From the NCBI GenBank assembly GCA_035693165.1, contig DASSGZ010000649.1:1-61573 (forward strand): a DNA stretch of 61,573 bases, given 5' to 3'. Position numbers and translations under genes: made by a program. Positions within the stretch are counted from its first letter, which is position 1. Each line of letters begins with the position of its first letter. This document shows positions 17,544 through 27,688 of the stretch, piece after piece. The DNA is from Chloroflexia bacterium (GTDB lineage Bacteria > Chloroflexota > Chloroflexia > QHBQ01 > JAICKM01). The notes under the pieces are model-generated. The model saw only the letters and a list, made by a program, of their open reading frames with translations. It searched no databases and had not been told where the DNA came from.

Positions 17544-17585
17544 AAAAGCCGGTTGCGCCCCACACGAGGCGCCGCCGGCTTTTTG
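17544..17585 (+). terminator. Rho-independent terminator after tmRNA (AAAAGCCGG...CCGGCUUUUU)
   Basis: Imperfect GC-rich stem followed by TTTTT. Confidence 0.8.
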
Positions 17586-17741
17586 CTTGTCCGGCGGGAG
17601 TGTAAGCCGGATTCCAGGCGCAAGGGCAGACTTTCCCTATAATAGATTGTGGAACGGCTTACCAGGTTACGACTGGGAGATATGTGGTAGGCTGCCGTCC
17701 TGGATTACGTGCGAGAGAGGAAGGAAACTGTGGTTATTACG

Positions 17742-18332
17742 ATGGATCGCTTCGCGCAGGGTATGACCTTTGAGGAATACGTGGCGCAAATGAGCGAGAA
17801 CCGCGACAAGTTTATGGCGAACTACGAGAAGGTCCAGATCAGCGCCGCCGACCGGGCGGGCATCTGCGGTATCGGCGTGCCGTTGAACGTGCTGATCCTG
17901 ACCGAGGATTGGTGCGGCGACGCGCTCACCTATGTGCCCGTGCTGGGGCGGTTGGCGGCCTGCGCCGGCAACTGGAACCTGCGCATCTTCAAACGCGACG
18001 AGAACCTCGACCTGGCCGACCAGTACCTCAACTTCGGCAAGTTTCGCTCGGTGCCGGTCGTCGTCTTCTTCGACGAGCAGATGCATGAACTGGGCCGCTT
18101 CATCGAGCGCCCGGCAGCCGTCAACCGCGAGCGCCAGCAGGTGATCGACGCCATCGCCCGCGAGCACGTCGAAGTCCAGCCGGGGCTGCGCTACAACGAC
18201 CAGAGCGACGCCGGCAAAGATCGGCTGGCCGGGCCGTTGCGCGAACTGCGCCTGAGCCGTCAGGCCGCGTGGGAACAGGCCGCCATCGACGAGGTTTGCG
18301 CCGCGCTGGCAAACGTCCGCGCCGCCGCCTGA
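17742..18332 (+). CDS. Thioredoxin-fold family protein (WCGD motif)
   Basis: LTEDWCGDALTYVPVLGRLA. The start is ambiguous: ATG 17742, GTG 17730 or GTG 17709. Confidence 0.75.
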   Translation: MDRFAQGMTFEEYVAQMSENRDKFMANYEKVQISAADRAGICGIGVPLNVLILTEDWCGDALTYVPVLGRLAACAGNWNLRIFKRDENLDLADQYLNFGKFRSVPVVVFFDEQMHELGRFIERPAAVNRERQQVIDAIAREHVEVQPGLRYNDQSDAGKDRLAGPLRELRLSRQAAWEQAAIDEVCAALANVRAAA

Positions 18333-18360
18333 TCTCGCGCAGCCGCGTCAAGCCTGCACC

Positions 18361-18395
18361 GATGCCGCCTACCCCCGGCAGGCGGCATCTTTTTG
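18361..18395 (+). terminator. Rho-independent terminator (GATGCCGCC...GGCGGCATC then TTTTT)
   Basis: 9-bp stem plus T-run, 29 nt after the stop. Confidence 0.75.
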
Positions 18396-18410
18396 CCGCC
18401 GATTTGCCCG

Positions 18411-18514
18411 TGCAGGGACCGGTTTCAGCCCGGTCCGCCCGATAGAATCGTGTACGGGCGGATTTCAAACCGGCCCGCGCGCCTGGCGCTGTAGGGGCCG
18501 GTTTCAAACCGGCT
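18411..18514. repeat. Three tandemly spaced copies of repeat family F2 (TGTAGGGGCCGGTTTCAAACCGGCC-type hairpin)
   Basis: Copies at 18411-18436, 18451-18476 and 18490-18514. Further copies at 26203-26232 and 59118-59147. Confidence 0.85.
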
Positions 18515-18557
18515 CATCGCCCATCGATCCCCTGGGCTGTGCGAAAGGAGACATCCC

Positions 18558-19049
18558 GTGGCCGACAAACCCCTTCCCACCGCGCAGGTGCTGACCATGC
18601 TTGCCGCCGCGCCACCCCGCATCGCCGCGCTGACCGCCGGGCGCGACCCCGCGCAACTGCGGGCCCGCCCCGCCGCCGAGGAGTGGTCCGCCAACGAGGT
18701 GCTGGCCCATCTGCGCGCGTGTGCCGACATGTGGGGCAACTGCATCATGGCGATGATCGCCGAGGACAGGCCGACCCTGCGCGCCGTCAACCCCCGGACG
18801 TGGATCGACAAAACGGACTATCTCGAACAGGCATTTCAGCCTTCGCTGGATGCCTTTACGACGCAGCGCGCCGAGCTATTGGCTGTCCTGGAGCCGTTGC
18901 CGCCCGAAGGGTGGGCACGGAGAGCGACCGTGACCGGGGCGGGCAAGGCCCTCGAACGGACGGTGCGGTTCTATGCGCAGTGGCTCGCGACGCACGAACG
19001 GCCGCACCTGAAGCAGATCGGACGCATCGTGAACGCGCTGCCCAGGTAG
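18558..19049 (+). CDS. DinB-family (four-helix metal-binding) protein
   Basis: EWSANEVLAHL...HERPHLKQI. GTG start behind AAAGGAG. Confidence 0.75.
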   Translation: MADKPLPTAQVLTMLAAAPPRIAALTAGRDPAQLRARPAAEEWSANEVLAHLRACADMWGNCIMAMIAEDRPTLRAVNPRTWIDKTDYLEQAFQPSLDAFTTQRAELLAVLEPLPPEGWARRATVTGAGKALERTVRFYAQWLATHERPHLKQIGRIVNALPR

Positions 19050-19092
19050 CGCCGACTACCGATCCGAATCGCGGGGTATGTCGCTCGGTGGG

Positions 19093-20295
19093 CTAGCGGT
19101 GGGCGAAGAAGGCGCGCAGGCGGGCCAGAGCCTCGTCCAGCACGGGCACGGGGGCCGAGCCGTAGGACAGGCGCAGATGCCCCGCCCCCGCCGCGCCGAA
19201 GGCCGTGCCCGGTATGGTCAGTACGCCGGCCTCGCGGATCAAGAGCGGCGCCAGTTCGTCCACCGGCGGGCCATCGAGCACGCGCACGAAGGCGAAGATC
19301 GAGCCGAAGGTCTCCTGCCAGTGCAATTGGGGGATGGCGGCCAGCCCGGTCGCCAGCGCCGCTCGGCGCGTCGCAAGTTCGGCGCGTTGGGCGGCCAGCA
19401 GCGGATAGTAGTCCGAGTCGAGCGCGGCGGCCACAGCCCGCTGGCTGATCACCGGGGCGCAGATGACCAGCGTGTCATGCACCTTGAGCGCGGGCCCGGC
19501 CACCTCCGGCGGGGCGAACAGGTAGCCGACGCGCCAGCCGGCCATGCCGAAGCTCTTGGAGAAGCTGCCCACCGTGACCACATGGGGCCGCAGCGCCGGG
19601 TCGGCGGCCAGCGAGTAGTGCCGCGCCGCGCCGAAAACGAAGTACTCGTAGGTCTCGTCCACGATGATGGTGACGTTCCGCGCGGCCAGTTCGCGGGCGC
19701 AGGCGACGAGCGCCGCCGGATCGGCCACCGCGCCGGTCGGGTTGCTGGGCGTGGTCAGCACCACTGCGCGGGTCGCGGGCGTGATGTGCGGCGCCAGCCG
19801 CTCCCACGTCAGTTGGAAGCCGTCGTCGGGCGAGAGGGGCGCCTCCACGCTGGTCAGCCCGCAGAGATGCGCGGTCATCTCATGGTTGAAGTAGTAGGGC
19901 GAGGGCAGGACGACCGTATCGCCCGGATCGGTGCAGGTGAGCAGGGCCAGCGCGATGGCCTGGTTGCCGCCTGCGGTGACGATGATCTCGCGCTCCGGGT
20001 CGACGGCGATCCCGGCGGCGCGGTGCCACTTGCGGGCGATGGCCGCGCGCAACTCCGGCAGCCCGGCGTCGGGGCTGTAGGTATGCGTGGCGGGATCGGC
20101 CAGCGCGGCGCGCGCCGCTTCCAGCGCGGCGGGCGGCGGCGGAAACGCGGCCACCCCTTGCCCCAGGCTGATCACCGCGCGCCCCGCGGCCCGTTGCGCT
20201 GCCGCCACCGCCTCCAGGTGGTCGATGATCGGCGTCGCGGTCGTCTGCACTCGTCTGGATACGTACACCGGCTCTTGCGCCTCCTCTAAAAACAA
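19093..20295 (-). CDS. PLP-dependent aminotransferase, class I/II
   Basis: SFSKSFGMAGWRVGY lysine motif, TTPSNPTG, DETYEYF. Confidence 0.88.
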   Translation of the reverse strand: MFLEEAQEPVYVSRRVQTTATPIIDHLEAVAAAQRAAGRAVISLGQGVAAFPPPPAALEAARAALADPATHTYSPDAGLPELRAAIARKWHRAAGIAVDPEREIIVTAGGNQAIALALLTCTDPGDTVVLPSPYYFNHEMTAHLCGLTSVEAPLSPDDGFQLTWERLAPHITPATRAVVLTTPSNPTGAVADPAALVACARELAARNVTIIVDETYEYFVFGAARHYSLAADPALRPHVVTVGSFSKSFGMAGWRVGYLFAPPEVAGPALKVHDTLVICAPVISQRAVAAALDSDYYPLLAAQRAELATRRAALATGLAAIPQLHWQETFGSIFAFVRVLDGPPVDELAPLLIREAGVLTIPGTAFGAAGAGHLRLSYGSAPVPVLDEALARLRAFFAHR

Positions 20296-20345
20296 AAAGT
20301 CGCGCCGCCCGCGCGACCTGACTCCTCACCGGTTACCACCGCCCC

Positions 20346-20441
20346 GGCGACGAGACTCTTCGCGCCGCTCAGAGTGACAACGGCCCCGACGCCCGCTGCA
20401 CGGCGACGAGACTCTTCGCGCCGCTCAGAGTGACAACGGCC
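20346..20441. repeat. Two direct 40-bp copies (period 56) of repeat family F3 (GGCGACGAGACTCTTCGCGCCGCTCAGAGTGACAACGGCC)
   Basis: Identical copies at 20346-20385 and 20402-20441. An inverted pair lies at 48277-48352. Confidence 0.9.
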
Positions 20442-20460
20442 TAACACACCCCTTTGCAAA

Positions 20461-20491
20461 ACTGACCACTGACCACCGACCACTGACCACT
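20461..20491. repeat. Heptanucleotide tandem array (ACTGACC/ACCGACC, about 4.5 units), family F4
   Basis: Read directly. The reverse-complement array (GGTCAGT)n is at 61243-61272. Confidence 0.85.
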
Positions 20492-20496
20492 CGTCG

Positions 20497-22389
20497 CTAC
20501 CAGCGGACGCGGACATCGCCCTTGCGGCGGGTGACGCGGACCTCGTCAAGGTGTTCGAGGAAGGGCACGGCGTATTTGCGCGTGGTGTTGAACAGGTCGC
20601 GCAGGTCGGCCACGGCGATGCTGCCCCGCGTGTCGATCACGTCCAGCACGCGGGCTACCATGCGGTCGTAGGTGGCGCGGTCGTAGTAAATATCGCCGCT
20701 CACCTTGACCAGGTCGCCGCGGTCGAGCAGCGCCGCCGTCACCTCGGGATCGAGGCCCACGTCGGCGGGGTCGGGCGGACTCGTCGGGTCGGCGGCGAAG
20801 GCGGCCTGCAGGCGGCGCACCTGCTCGGCCTGCGCGGGCGTGAACTGCACGGTGTGTTCGGGCAGGCGGAAGGTGGTCGGGTCTTCGGCCAGTACGCCGG
20901 TGGCGACGGCGCGCGCCACCACGGCGCTGTAGACCTTGGGGGTGAGACCCAGGCGGCTCTTGAGTTCTTCCTTGCTCGGCCCCCGGCGCAGCGGGTACTG
21001 CGCGTGGTAGCGGCCCACCGCCTCGCGCATCCGGCCGACCAACGCGTTCCAGGCTCCCAGGCTCATAATCAGCGCGGTCGGCGGGGGCAGGGTATCGGTG
21101 CCTTCGGCGGGCGGCGCGCCCAGGCGGACGACATCGCCGCTCGCCAGCGTGGCGGCCAGAGCGGCGCGCCCGGCGTCGGCGGGCAGCCCGGTCGCCTCCA
21201 GGGCCGCCTTAACCTCGCGCGCTTCGCCGCCCAGCGCCTGCACCAGCAGTTCCTCCGGTGTGCCGCGCTCGCGCGTTTCCAGCGCCCGCAAGGTCGCCGA
21301 ATCGAACCGCCGGTGGCGGCGCGGCTGCGCGTCGATGACGATCCCGCCGCCGAGGGTCAGCGAGGGCGACGCCTGGCGCAGGATGAAGCGGTCGCCCTTC
21401 ACCACGGCCACCGGCTCGGCCAGGCGCAGCGTCACCCAGCCCGCGTGGCCCGGCTCCAGCTTCTCGGTGTCCAGCAGCGTCACGCGGCACGAGCTTTCGG
21501 CGGCGCCCGCGAAGAAGTCGAGCAGGGCGTTTTGGGCCAGGGGCTTGGGCGCATCGGCCAGCAGGTGCAGGCGGGCGTCGATGCGCACGGTGGGTTGCAG
21601 CCAGCCCGGCGTCGTCACCACCTGTCCGCGCCGCAGATCCTCCACGGCCAGCCCGCCCAGGTTCACGGCCACCCGGCTGCCGGGCGCCGCCGTCTCGGTC
21701 TTGTGCTTGTGGCTTTGCAGGCCGCGCACCCGGCTGTGCAGCCCGCCGGGCACCACCTCGACCTCCTGCCCGATCTGCAGGCTGCCGTCGTTCAGCGTGC
21801 CGGTGACGACGGTGCCGAAGCCCGCCACGCTGAACACGCGGTCGATGGGCAGGCGCGGGTGGCCCTTGTCGAGCCGGGGCGTGGTCCCGGCCAGCAGCGT
21901 GGCGATCGCCGCCTTGAGCTCCGGCAATCCCTCGCCCGTGCGGGCCGACACGGCGACCAGCGGCGCCCCGGCCAGCGTCGTGCCAGCCAGCCGGTCGCGC
22001 ACTTCTTCCCGCACCAGGTCGAGCCAGTCGGCATCCACCAGGTCGCGCTTGGTCAGCACGACCAGGCCGCGCTCCACGCCCAGCAGATCCAGGATGTTGA
22101 GGTGCTCATCCGTCTGGGGCATCGGCCCCTCGTCGGCGGCGATCACCAGCAGCGCGGCGTCGATCCCGCCCACGCCCGCCAGCATGTTCTTGATGAAGCG
22201 CTCGTGGCCCGGCACGTCGACAATCGAAACCTCGGGTCCGCCCGGCAAGCGAAGCCAGGCGAAGCCGAGGTCGATGGTCATTTCCCGTTCTTTTTCTTCT
22301 TGCAAGCGATCCGGATCGATCCCGGTCAGCGCCTTAACCAGCGTGGATTTGCCGTGGTCGACGTGACCGGCGGTGCCCAGTACATACAT
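20497..22389 (-). CDS. selB: Selenocysteine-specific elongation factor SelB
   Basis: [45 protein letters not shown]-domain, ~630 aa with winged-helix-type C-terminal extension. Confidence 0.88.
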   Translation of the reverse strand: MYVLGTAGHVDHGKSTLVKALTGIDPDRLQEEKEREMTIDLGFAWLRLPGGPEVSIVDVPGHERFIKNMLAGVGGIDAALLVIAADEGPMPQTDEHLNILDLLGVERGLVVLTKRDLVDADWLDLVREEVRDRLAGTTLAGAPLVAVSARTGEGLPELKAAIATLLAGTTPRLDKGHPRLPIDRVFSVAGFGTVVTGTLNDGSLQIGQEVEVVPGGLHSRVRGLQSHKHKTETAAPGSRVAVNLGGLAVEDLRRGQVVTTPGWLQPTVRIDARLHLLADAPKPLAQNALLDFFAGAAESSCRVTLLDTEKLEPGHAGWVTLRLAEPVAVVKGDRFILRQASPSLTLGGGIVIDAQPRRHRRFDSATLRALETRERGTPEELLVQALGGEAREVKAALEATGLPADAGRAALAATLASGDVVRLGAPPAEGTDTLPPPTALIMSLGAWNALVGRMREAVGRYHAQYPLRRGPSKEELKSRLGLTPKVYSAVVARAVATGVLAEDPTTFRLPEHTVQFTPAQAEQVRRLQAAFAADPTSPPDPADVGLDPEVTAALLDRGDLVKVSGDIYYDRATYDRMVARVLDVIDTRGSIAVADLRDLFNTTRKYAVPFLEHLDEVRVTRRKGDVRVRW

Positions 22390-22392
22390 GCC

Positions 22393-23697
22393 CTAGGACA
22401 GTCCGGGCGCGCGCAGCATCATATAGGCGATGAGCACGAACAGTTGCACAATCGCCGCGGCACCGCCCGCCATGATCGCCTGGTTCTGAGTGATGCGATA
22501 CAGGCGCTGGGTAAACAGCAGGGTCAGGTAGGTCGTCCAGCCCAGCGCCCCCAGCCAGACCAGGAACACCAGGATGAACGGCGCTTTGATCGCGATCAGG
22601 GCGAAGATGACGACAAAGCCGAGCATGCGCGGCAGTTCGAGATAGGGATAGGTGTTCAAGGCCACCTGGAACTCGCCGTGGCCCAGCACGGTCTCGCCCA
22701 CGGCCTGAATCGCCAGCGCGACGAAGGGCAGTTCCAGCAACCCGAGCGCCAGCAGGCCGAAGGTGCCCAGCACCAGGCTGCCGGTGCTGCTGGTCAGGAT
22801 CGGGATGCCGCCGTTGACCAGGTTGTCGATCAGGAACAAGATGACCGGCACCAGCGTGATGCCGAGCTGCATGCGGATCAGTTGCGACCGCGGGATCGTG
22901 GGCCGCTCTTCGAGGTTCATCAGCGGTGAGCTCACCTCGCCCTCGGTGAACCCGGCCACCTTGGTCAGCGTGCCCATGGGGTTGAAGGCCATCTGCACGA
23001 CCGGCATCGGCACATCTTCGACCAGCAGATCTTCGACCCGCGTGCCGGGGACGGCGCGCATGCGCGCATCCAGGATGCTACGGGTCAGGTCGTCGAAATC
23101 CTTGATGTCCGAGGTATAGAAAAACCCGGACTTGGCGCCCAGCCCGGCCAGCAGCGAATAGACGATATGCTCGGGCGAGAGCGGCGCCCCGGCATATTGC
23201 ACGAAGACGACGTAGCGGTCGCCCGGCAGAGCCATCGAGTGCAGCTTGACGATGCGTTGCCAGGGCAGCGTCCGCCAGCGCACGAACTCGGTCACAGCCA
23301 GACCGTCCGAGCGCACTTCCAGGCTGGGTAGAGCGTCGGCGATCAGCGCCCCGGCGACCACGCTGAACAGCAAACTGGCGAAAGCCGTGATCAGCAGCAA
23401 CACGCTGTAGACGCTGAAATTGGACAGCAACTGGACGAAGCGCCCCAGCGTGTTGACCAGGTTCAGCACGCTGAGCAAAATCAGAGCATAGCCCACCAGC
23501 CGCAACGGCAGCCAGAAGCGGGTCGGGTAGCGGAACCGCTGGCCCTTCTCGGCGGCGGCGGAAGCGGCAGCGCCCGGATATCCGGGCACCACGTACGTCG
23601 GCCCCACGGGGGCGCTAGGAGTACCCACGCGGCGCGGCATGGTCTTAGAAGCACCCGCCGCCACCGGCGCGGGCTTCTTGCGGAATAATGTAGGCAC
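22393..23697 (-). CDS. Polytopic integral membrane protein, unknown function (about 9 TM). Its stop lies 3 nt from the selB start
   Basis: GTG start behind AAAGGAGGG. Multiple hydrophobic spans. Confidence 0.8.
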   Translation of the reverse strand: MPTLFRKKPAPVAAGASKTMPRRVGTPSAPVGPTYVVPGYPGAAASAAAEKGQRFRYPTRFWLPLRLVGYALILLSVLNLVNTLGRFVQLLSNFSVYSVLLLITAFASLLFSVVAGALIADALPSLEVRSDGLAVTEFVRWRTLPWQRIVKLHSMALPGDRYVVFVQYAGAPLSPEHIVYSLLAGLGAKSGFFYTSDIKDFDDLTRSILDARMRAVPGTRVEDLLVEDVPMPVVQMAFNPMGTLTKVAGFTEGEVSSPLMNLEERPTIPRSQLIRMQLGITLVPVILFLIDNLVNGGIPILTSSTGSLVLGTFGLLALGLLELPFVALAIQAVGETVLGHGEFQVALNTYPYLELPRMLGFVVIFALIAIKAPFILVFLVWLGALGWTTYLTLLFTQRLYRITQNQAIMAGGAAAIVQLFVLIAYMMLRAPGLS

Positions 23698-23750
23698 GGG
23701 GATCCCTCCTTTGTCGGACCGGGCGGACTCCGGTCGTCCTTAATCCCTTC

Positions 23751-23780
23751 AGTTTATCATGAGCTTACCGCATTTGGCAA
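23751..23780 (-). promoter_or_regulatory. Promoter TTGCCA, 18 nt, TAAACT for the membrane-protein/selB operon
   Basis: The minus strand reads TTGCCAaatgcggtaagctcatgaTAAACT. Confidence 0.45.
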
Positions 23781-23974
23781 TAGCCCATTTGGGTCAGATG
23801 GGCCTGGGAAGAGTGCGCCGGCCCGGTGTGCGGCGCGGGATGCCATCCCACATCACATCAACGAAAATACCTTCACGAAGCCTTCATCACAGGTGCAATC
23901 CGCCGGCTAGACCGCCCGCCCAAGCCGCCGCAGGTGCCGGGGATCGCCCCGATGTGGAAGGGGCCTGCCAAATG

Positions 23975-23983
23975 TGGTACAAT
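23975..23983 (+). promoter_or_regulatory. Extended -10 (TGGTACAAT) upstream of the XPB-like helicase
   Basis: Read directly. Weak -35. Confidence 0.4.
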
Positions 23984-24121
23984 ACGATGCTGCCCTTTGG
24001 GGCGCGCGCCGGATAGCTTGCTACGATGCGATCTGCCACGGTGCGGATCACATAATGCGCCTGGCCCATGTAACGGCGCACCGATCCGGCGCGAATGTTC
24101 AAGGAAAACGAGGTCTCCCGC

Positions 24122-26170
24122 ATGCCCTACAACCCGGCCAATCCGCTCATCGTGCAAAGTGATCGCTCGATCTTGCTGGAAGTCGATAACCCGCTCTACG
24201 AGGCGGCCCGCGACGACCTGGCGCGCTTCGCCGAACTGGAGAAGAGTCCCGAACACATCCATACCTACCGCGTCACGCCGCTGTCGCTGTGGAACGCCGC
24301 CGCCTCGGGATCAACCGCCGCCGAAATCGTCGCCGCGCTGACCCGCTACAGCAAGTTCGACCTGCCCGGCAACGTCCTCGCCGACATCGAAGACTACGTC
24401 GCCCGCTTTGGCCGGGTCAAGCTGCTGGTGGATGATGCGGGGCGGCTGGTGCTGCGCTCGACGGACACGCTACTCATTACCGAGATCCAGCGCAACTCGC
24501 ACACGCGGCTCTTCCTGCGCGGGCGGATCGACGACCAGACGCTGGAAGTCGACCCGGCAGCGCGCGGGCATATCAAGCAGGCGCTGGTCGAGTTCGGCTA
24601 TCCGGCGGAGGACCTGGCGGGCTATGTTGACGGCGAGGAACTCAGCTTCGAGTTGCGCCCGGTGACCACCGGCGGCGAGCCGTTCGATCTGCGCCACTAC
24701 CAGCGCGACTCGGTCGGCGCCTTCTGGGCGGGCGGCAGCAGCCAGGGCGGCAGCGGCGTGATCGTGCTGCCCTGCGGCGCGGGCAAGACGGTGGTCGGCA
24801 TGGGCGCCATGGAAAAGGTCCAGGCGCGCACGCTCATCCTGGCCCCCAGCACCTCGGCGGTGCGCCAGTGGATCCGCGAACTGCTCGATAAGACGACGTT
24901 GACGGCGGACCAGGTGGGCGAGTACACGGGCGAGCACAAAGAGATCCGCCCGGTGACGGTGACCACCTACCAGATCATGACCTACCGGCCCTTCACAGTG
25001 AACGAAACGACAGGCGAACTGGGCGAGTTCCCGCACTTCCAACTGTTCACCAACCACAACTGGGGCCTGATCATCTACGACGAGGTCCATCTGCTGCCCG
25101 CACCGGTGTTCCGCGTCACCGCCGAGATCCAGGCCCGCCGCCGCCTCGGCCTCACCGCCACCCTGGTGCGCGAGGACGGGCGCGAGGAAGATGTCTTCTC
25201 GCTGATCGGGCCGAAGAAGTTCGACGTGCCCTGGAAAGATCTGGAACAGCAGGGCTGGATCGCCACCGCCGAGTGCGCGGAGATCCGCATCAAACTGCTG
25301 CCCAGCGAGCGCCTGGACTACGTCATGGCCGAGGACTCGCGCATCAAGTACCGCATCGCCGCCGAGAACCCGCTCAAGTTGGATGTGCTGATGGCCCTGG
25401 TCGAGCAGCACCGCGACGACAATGTGCTGGTCATCGGGCAGTATATCGAGCAGTTGAAGCAGATCGCCGCCCAGTTGCAGGCCCCGCTGATCACCGGCAA
25501 GACGCCGAACCACGAGCGCGAAACGCTCTACCGCGATTTCCGCGAGGGGCGCATCAAGCTGCTGGTGGTCTCCAAGGTGGCGAACTTCGCCATCGACCTG
25601 CCCGACGCCAACGTGGCGATCCAGGTGTCAGGGACGTTCGGCTCGCGCCAGGAAGAAGCCCAGCGGCTGGGCCGTATCCTGCGACCCAAGGCCGACGGCG
25701 GCCCGGCGCATTTCTACACGCTGGTCACGCGCGACACCAAGGACCAGGACTTTTCGGCCAATCGCCAGCTCTTCTTGACCGAACAGGGCTACCGCTATAC
25801 AATCATGGACGCGCACGACATCGTGCCCGACGTGGAGGCCAAGGTGGCCGCGGAACAGCGCCTGCTGGAGCAGGAGGGCGCCGATGCGTTGCGCGCGCGG
25901 GCACAAGAGCGCCGCAAGGCGCTGCTGAACGGCAGCGAGGACGGGGACGACGAGGACGGCGCGCCGCGCAACGGGCGCAAGGCGGCCACCACCGCCCCGG
26001 CGCCCGCCGACGGCACGAAGAAACGCCGGGGCCGCCCGCCGAAGGTCCGGCCCGAGACCGTTCAGGCGAGCGATGCACCCGCGCCCGCCACGAACGGCGC
26101 CACCCCGCACGCCGGGGGCAACGGCACCGGATCCGAGCGGAGCCGGGGCAGCCTGCGCCTGGTCAAATAG
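24122..26170 (+). CDS. XPB/ERCC3-type SF2 DNA helicase with a C-terminal basic tail containing an AT-hook-like KKRRGRPPKV
   Basis: N-terminus PLIVQSDRSILLEVDNPLYEAARDDLARFAELEKSPEHIHTYRVTPLSLWNA as in bacterial/archaeal XPB. GAGKT Walker A, DEVH box. Alternative ATG at 24095. Confidence 0.85.
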   Translation: MPYNPANPLIVQSDRSILLEVDNPLYEAARDDLARFAELEKSPEHIHTYRVTPLSLWNAAASGSTAAEIVAALTRYSKFDLPGNVLADIEDYVARFGRVKLLVDDAGRLVLRSTDTLLITEIQRNSHTRLFLRGRIDDQTLEVDPAARGHIKQALVEFGYPAEDLAGYVDGEELSFELRPVTTGGEPFDLRHYQRDSVGAFWAGGSSQGGSGVIVLPCGAGKTVVGMGAMEKVQARTLILAPSTSAVRQWIRELLDKTTLTADQVGEYTGEHKEIRPVTVTTYQIMTYRPFTVNETTGELGEFPHFQLFTNHNWGLIIYDEVHLLPAPVFRVTAEIQARRRLGLTATLVREDGREEDVFSLIGPKKFDVPWKDLEQQGWIATAECAEIRIKLLPSERLDYVMAEDSRIKYRIAAENPLKLDVLMALVEQHRDDNVLVIGQYIEQLKQIAAQLQAPLITGKTPNHERETLYRDFREGRIKLLVVSKVANFAIDLPDANVAIQVSGTFGSRQEEAQRLGRILRPKADGGPAHFYTLVTRDTKDQDFSANRQLFLTEQGYRYTIMDAHDIVPDVEAKVAAEQRLLEQEGADALRARAQERRKALLNGSEDGDDEDGAPRNGRKAATTAPAPADGTKKRRGRPPKVRPETVQASDAPAPATNGATPHAGGNGTGSERSRGSLRLVK

Positions 26171-26202
26171 CGGCGGCAAGCCGCAGCGGCGCTTATTCGG
26201 CG

Positions 26203-26232
26203 GTGTAGGGGCCGGTTGCAAACCGGCCCGCC
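26203..26232. repeat. Family F2 repeat copy (GTGTAGGGGCCGGTTGCAAACCGGCCCGCC)
   Basis: Read directly. Confidence 0.8.
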
Positions 26233-26279
26233 GCGGCAGCACGGTAGGGACTGCTAGCCCAATCCAGAGGAGGAAAGCT

Positions 26280-27650
<1,371 letters not shown>

Positions 27651-27688
27651 ATCCGCCGGGCTGACCGACTATCGCAAAGGAGACTGCG

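Noticed and set aside
20286-20549. 87-aa minus-strand ORF between selB and the aminotransferase gene (contains HSERREESR and SVVGGQWSV).
   Set aside because: It is composed entirely of F3 and F4 repeat units read through. There is no RBS, and such pseudo-peptides recur wherever the repeats occur.
20551-22929. 792-aa plus-strand ORF antisense to selB and the membrane-protein gene. Similar long antisense or out-of-frame ORFs include 1103..2566, 2891..4078, 6400..7752, 8527..10698, 24470..25513, 26193..27629, 27341..29290, 36023..38284, 40199..42682, 48446..49906 and 56755..58404.
   Set aside because: Typical high-GC shadow ORFs. They are extremely Arg/Gly/Ala/Pro-rich, have no RBS and no recognisable motifs, and overlap genes with strong family signatures whose frame carries the G/C third-position bias.
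26073-26279. N-terminal 69-codon extension of the purA ORF in the ORF track.
   Set aside because: The extension runs through an F2 repeat element and is Arg/Pro-rich. The conserved PurA N-terminus (VIAVLGCQWGDEGKGK) begins right after a GTG at 26280 with a GGAGGAAAG RBS.
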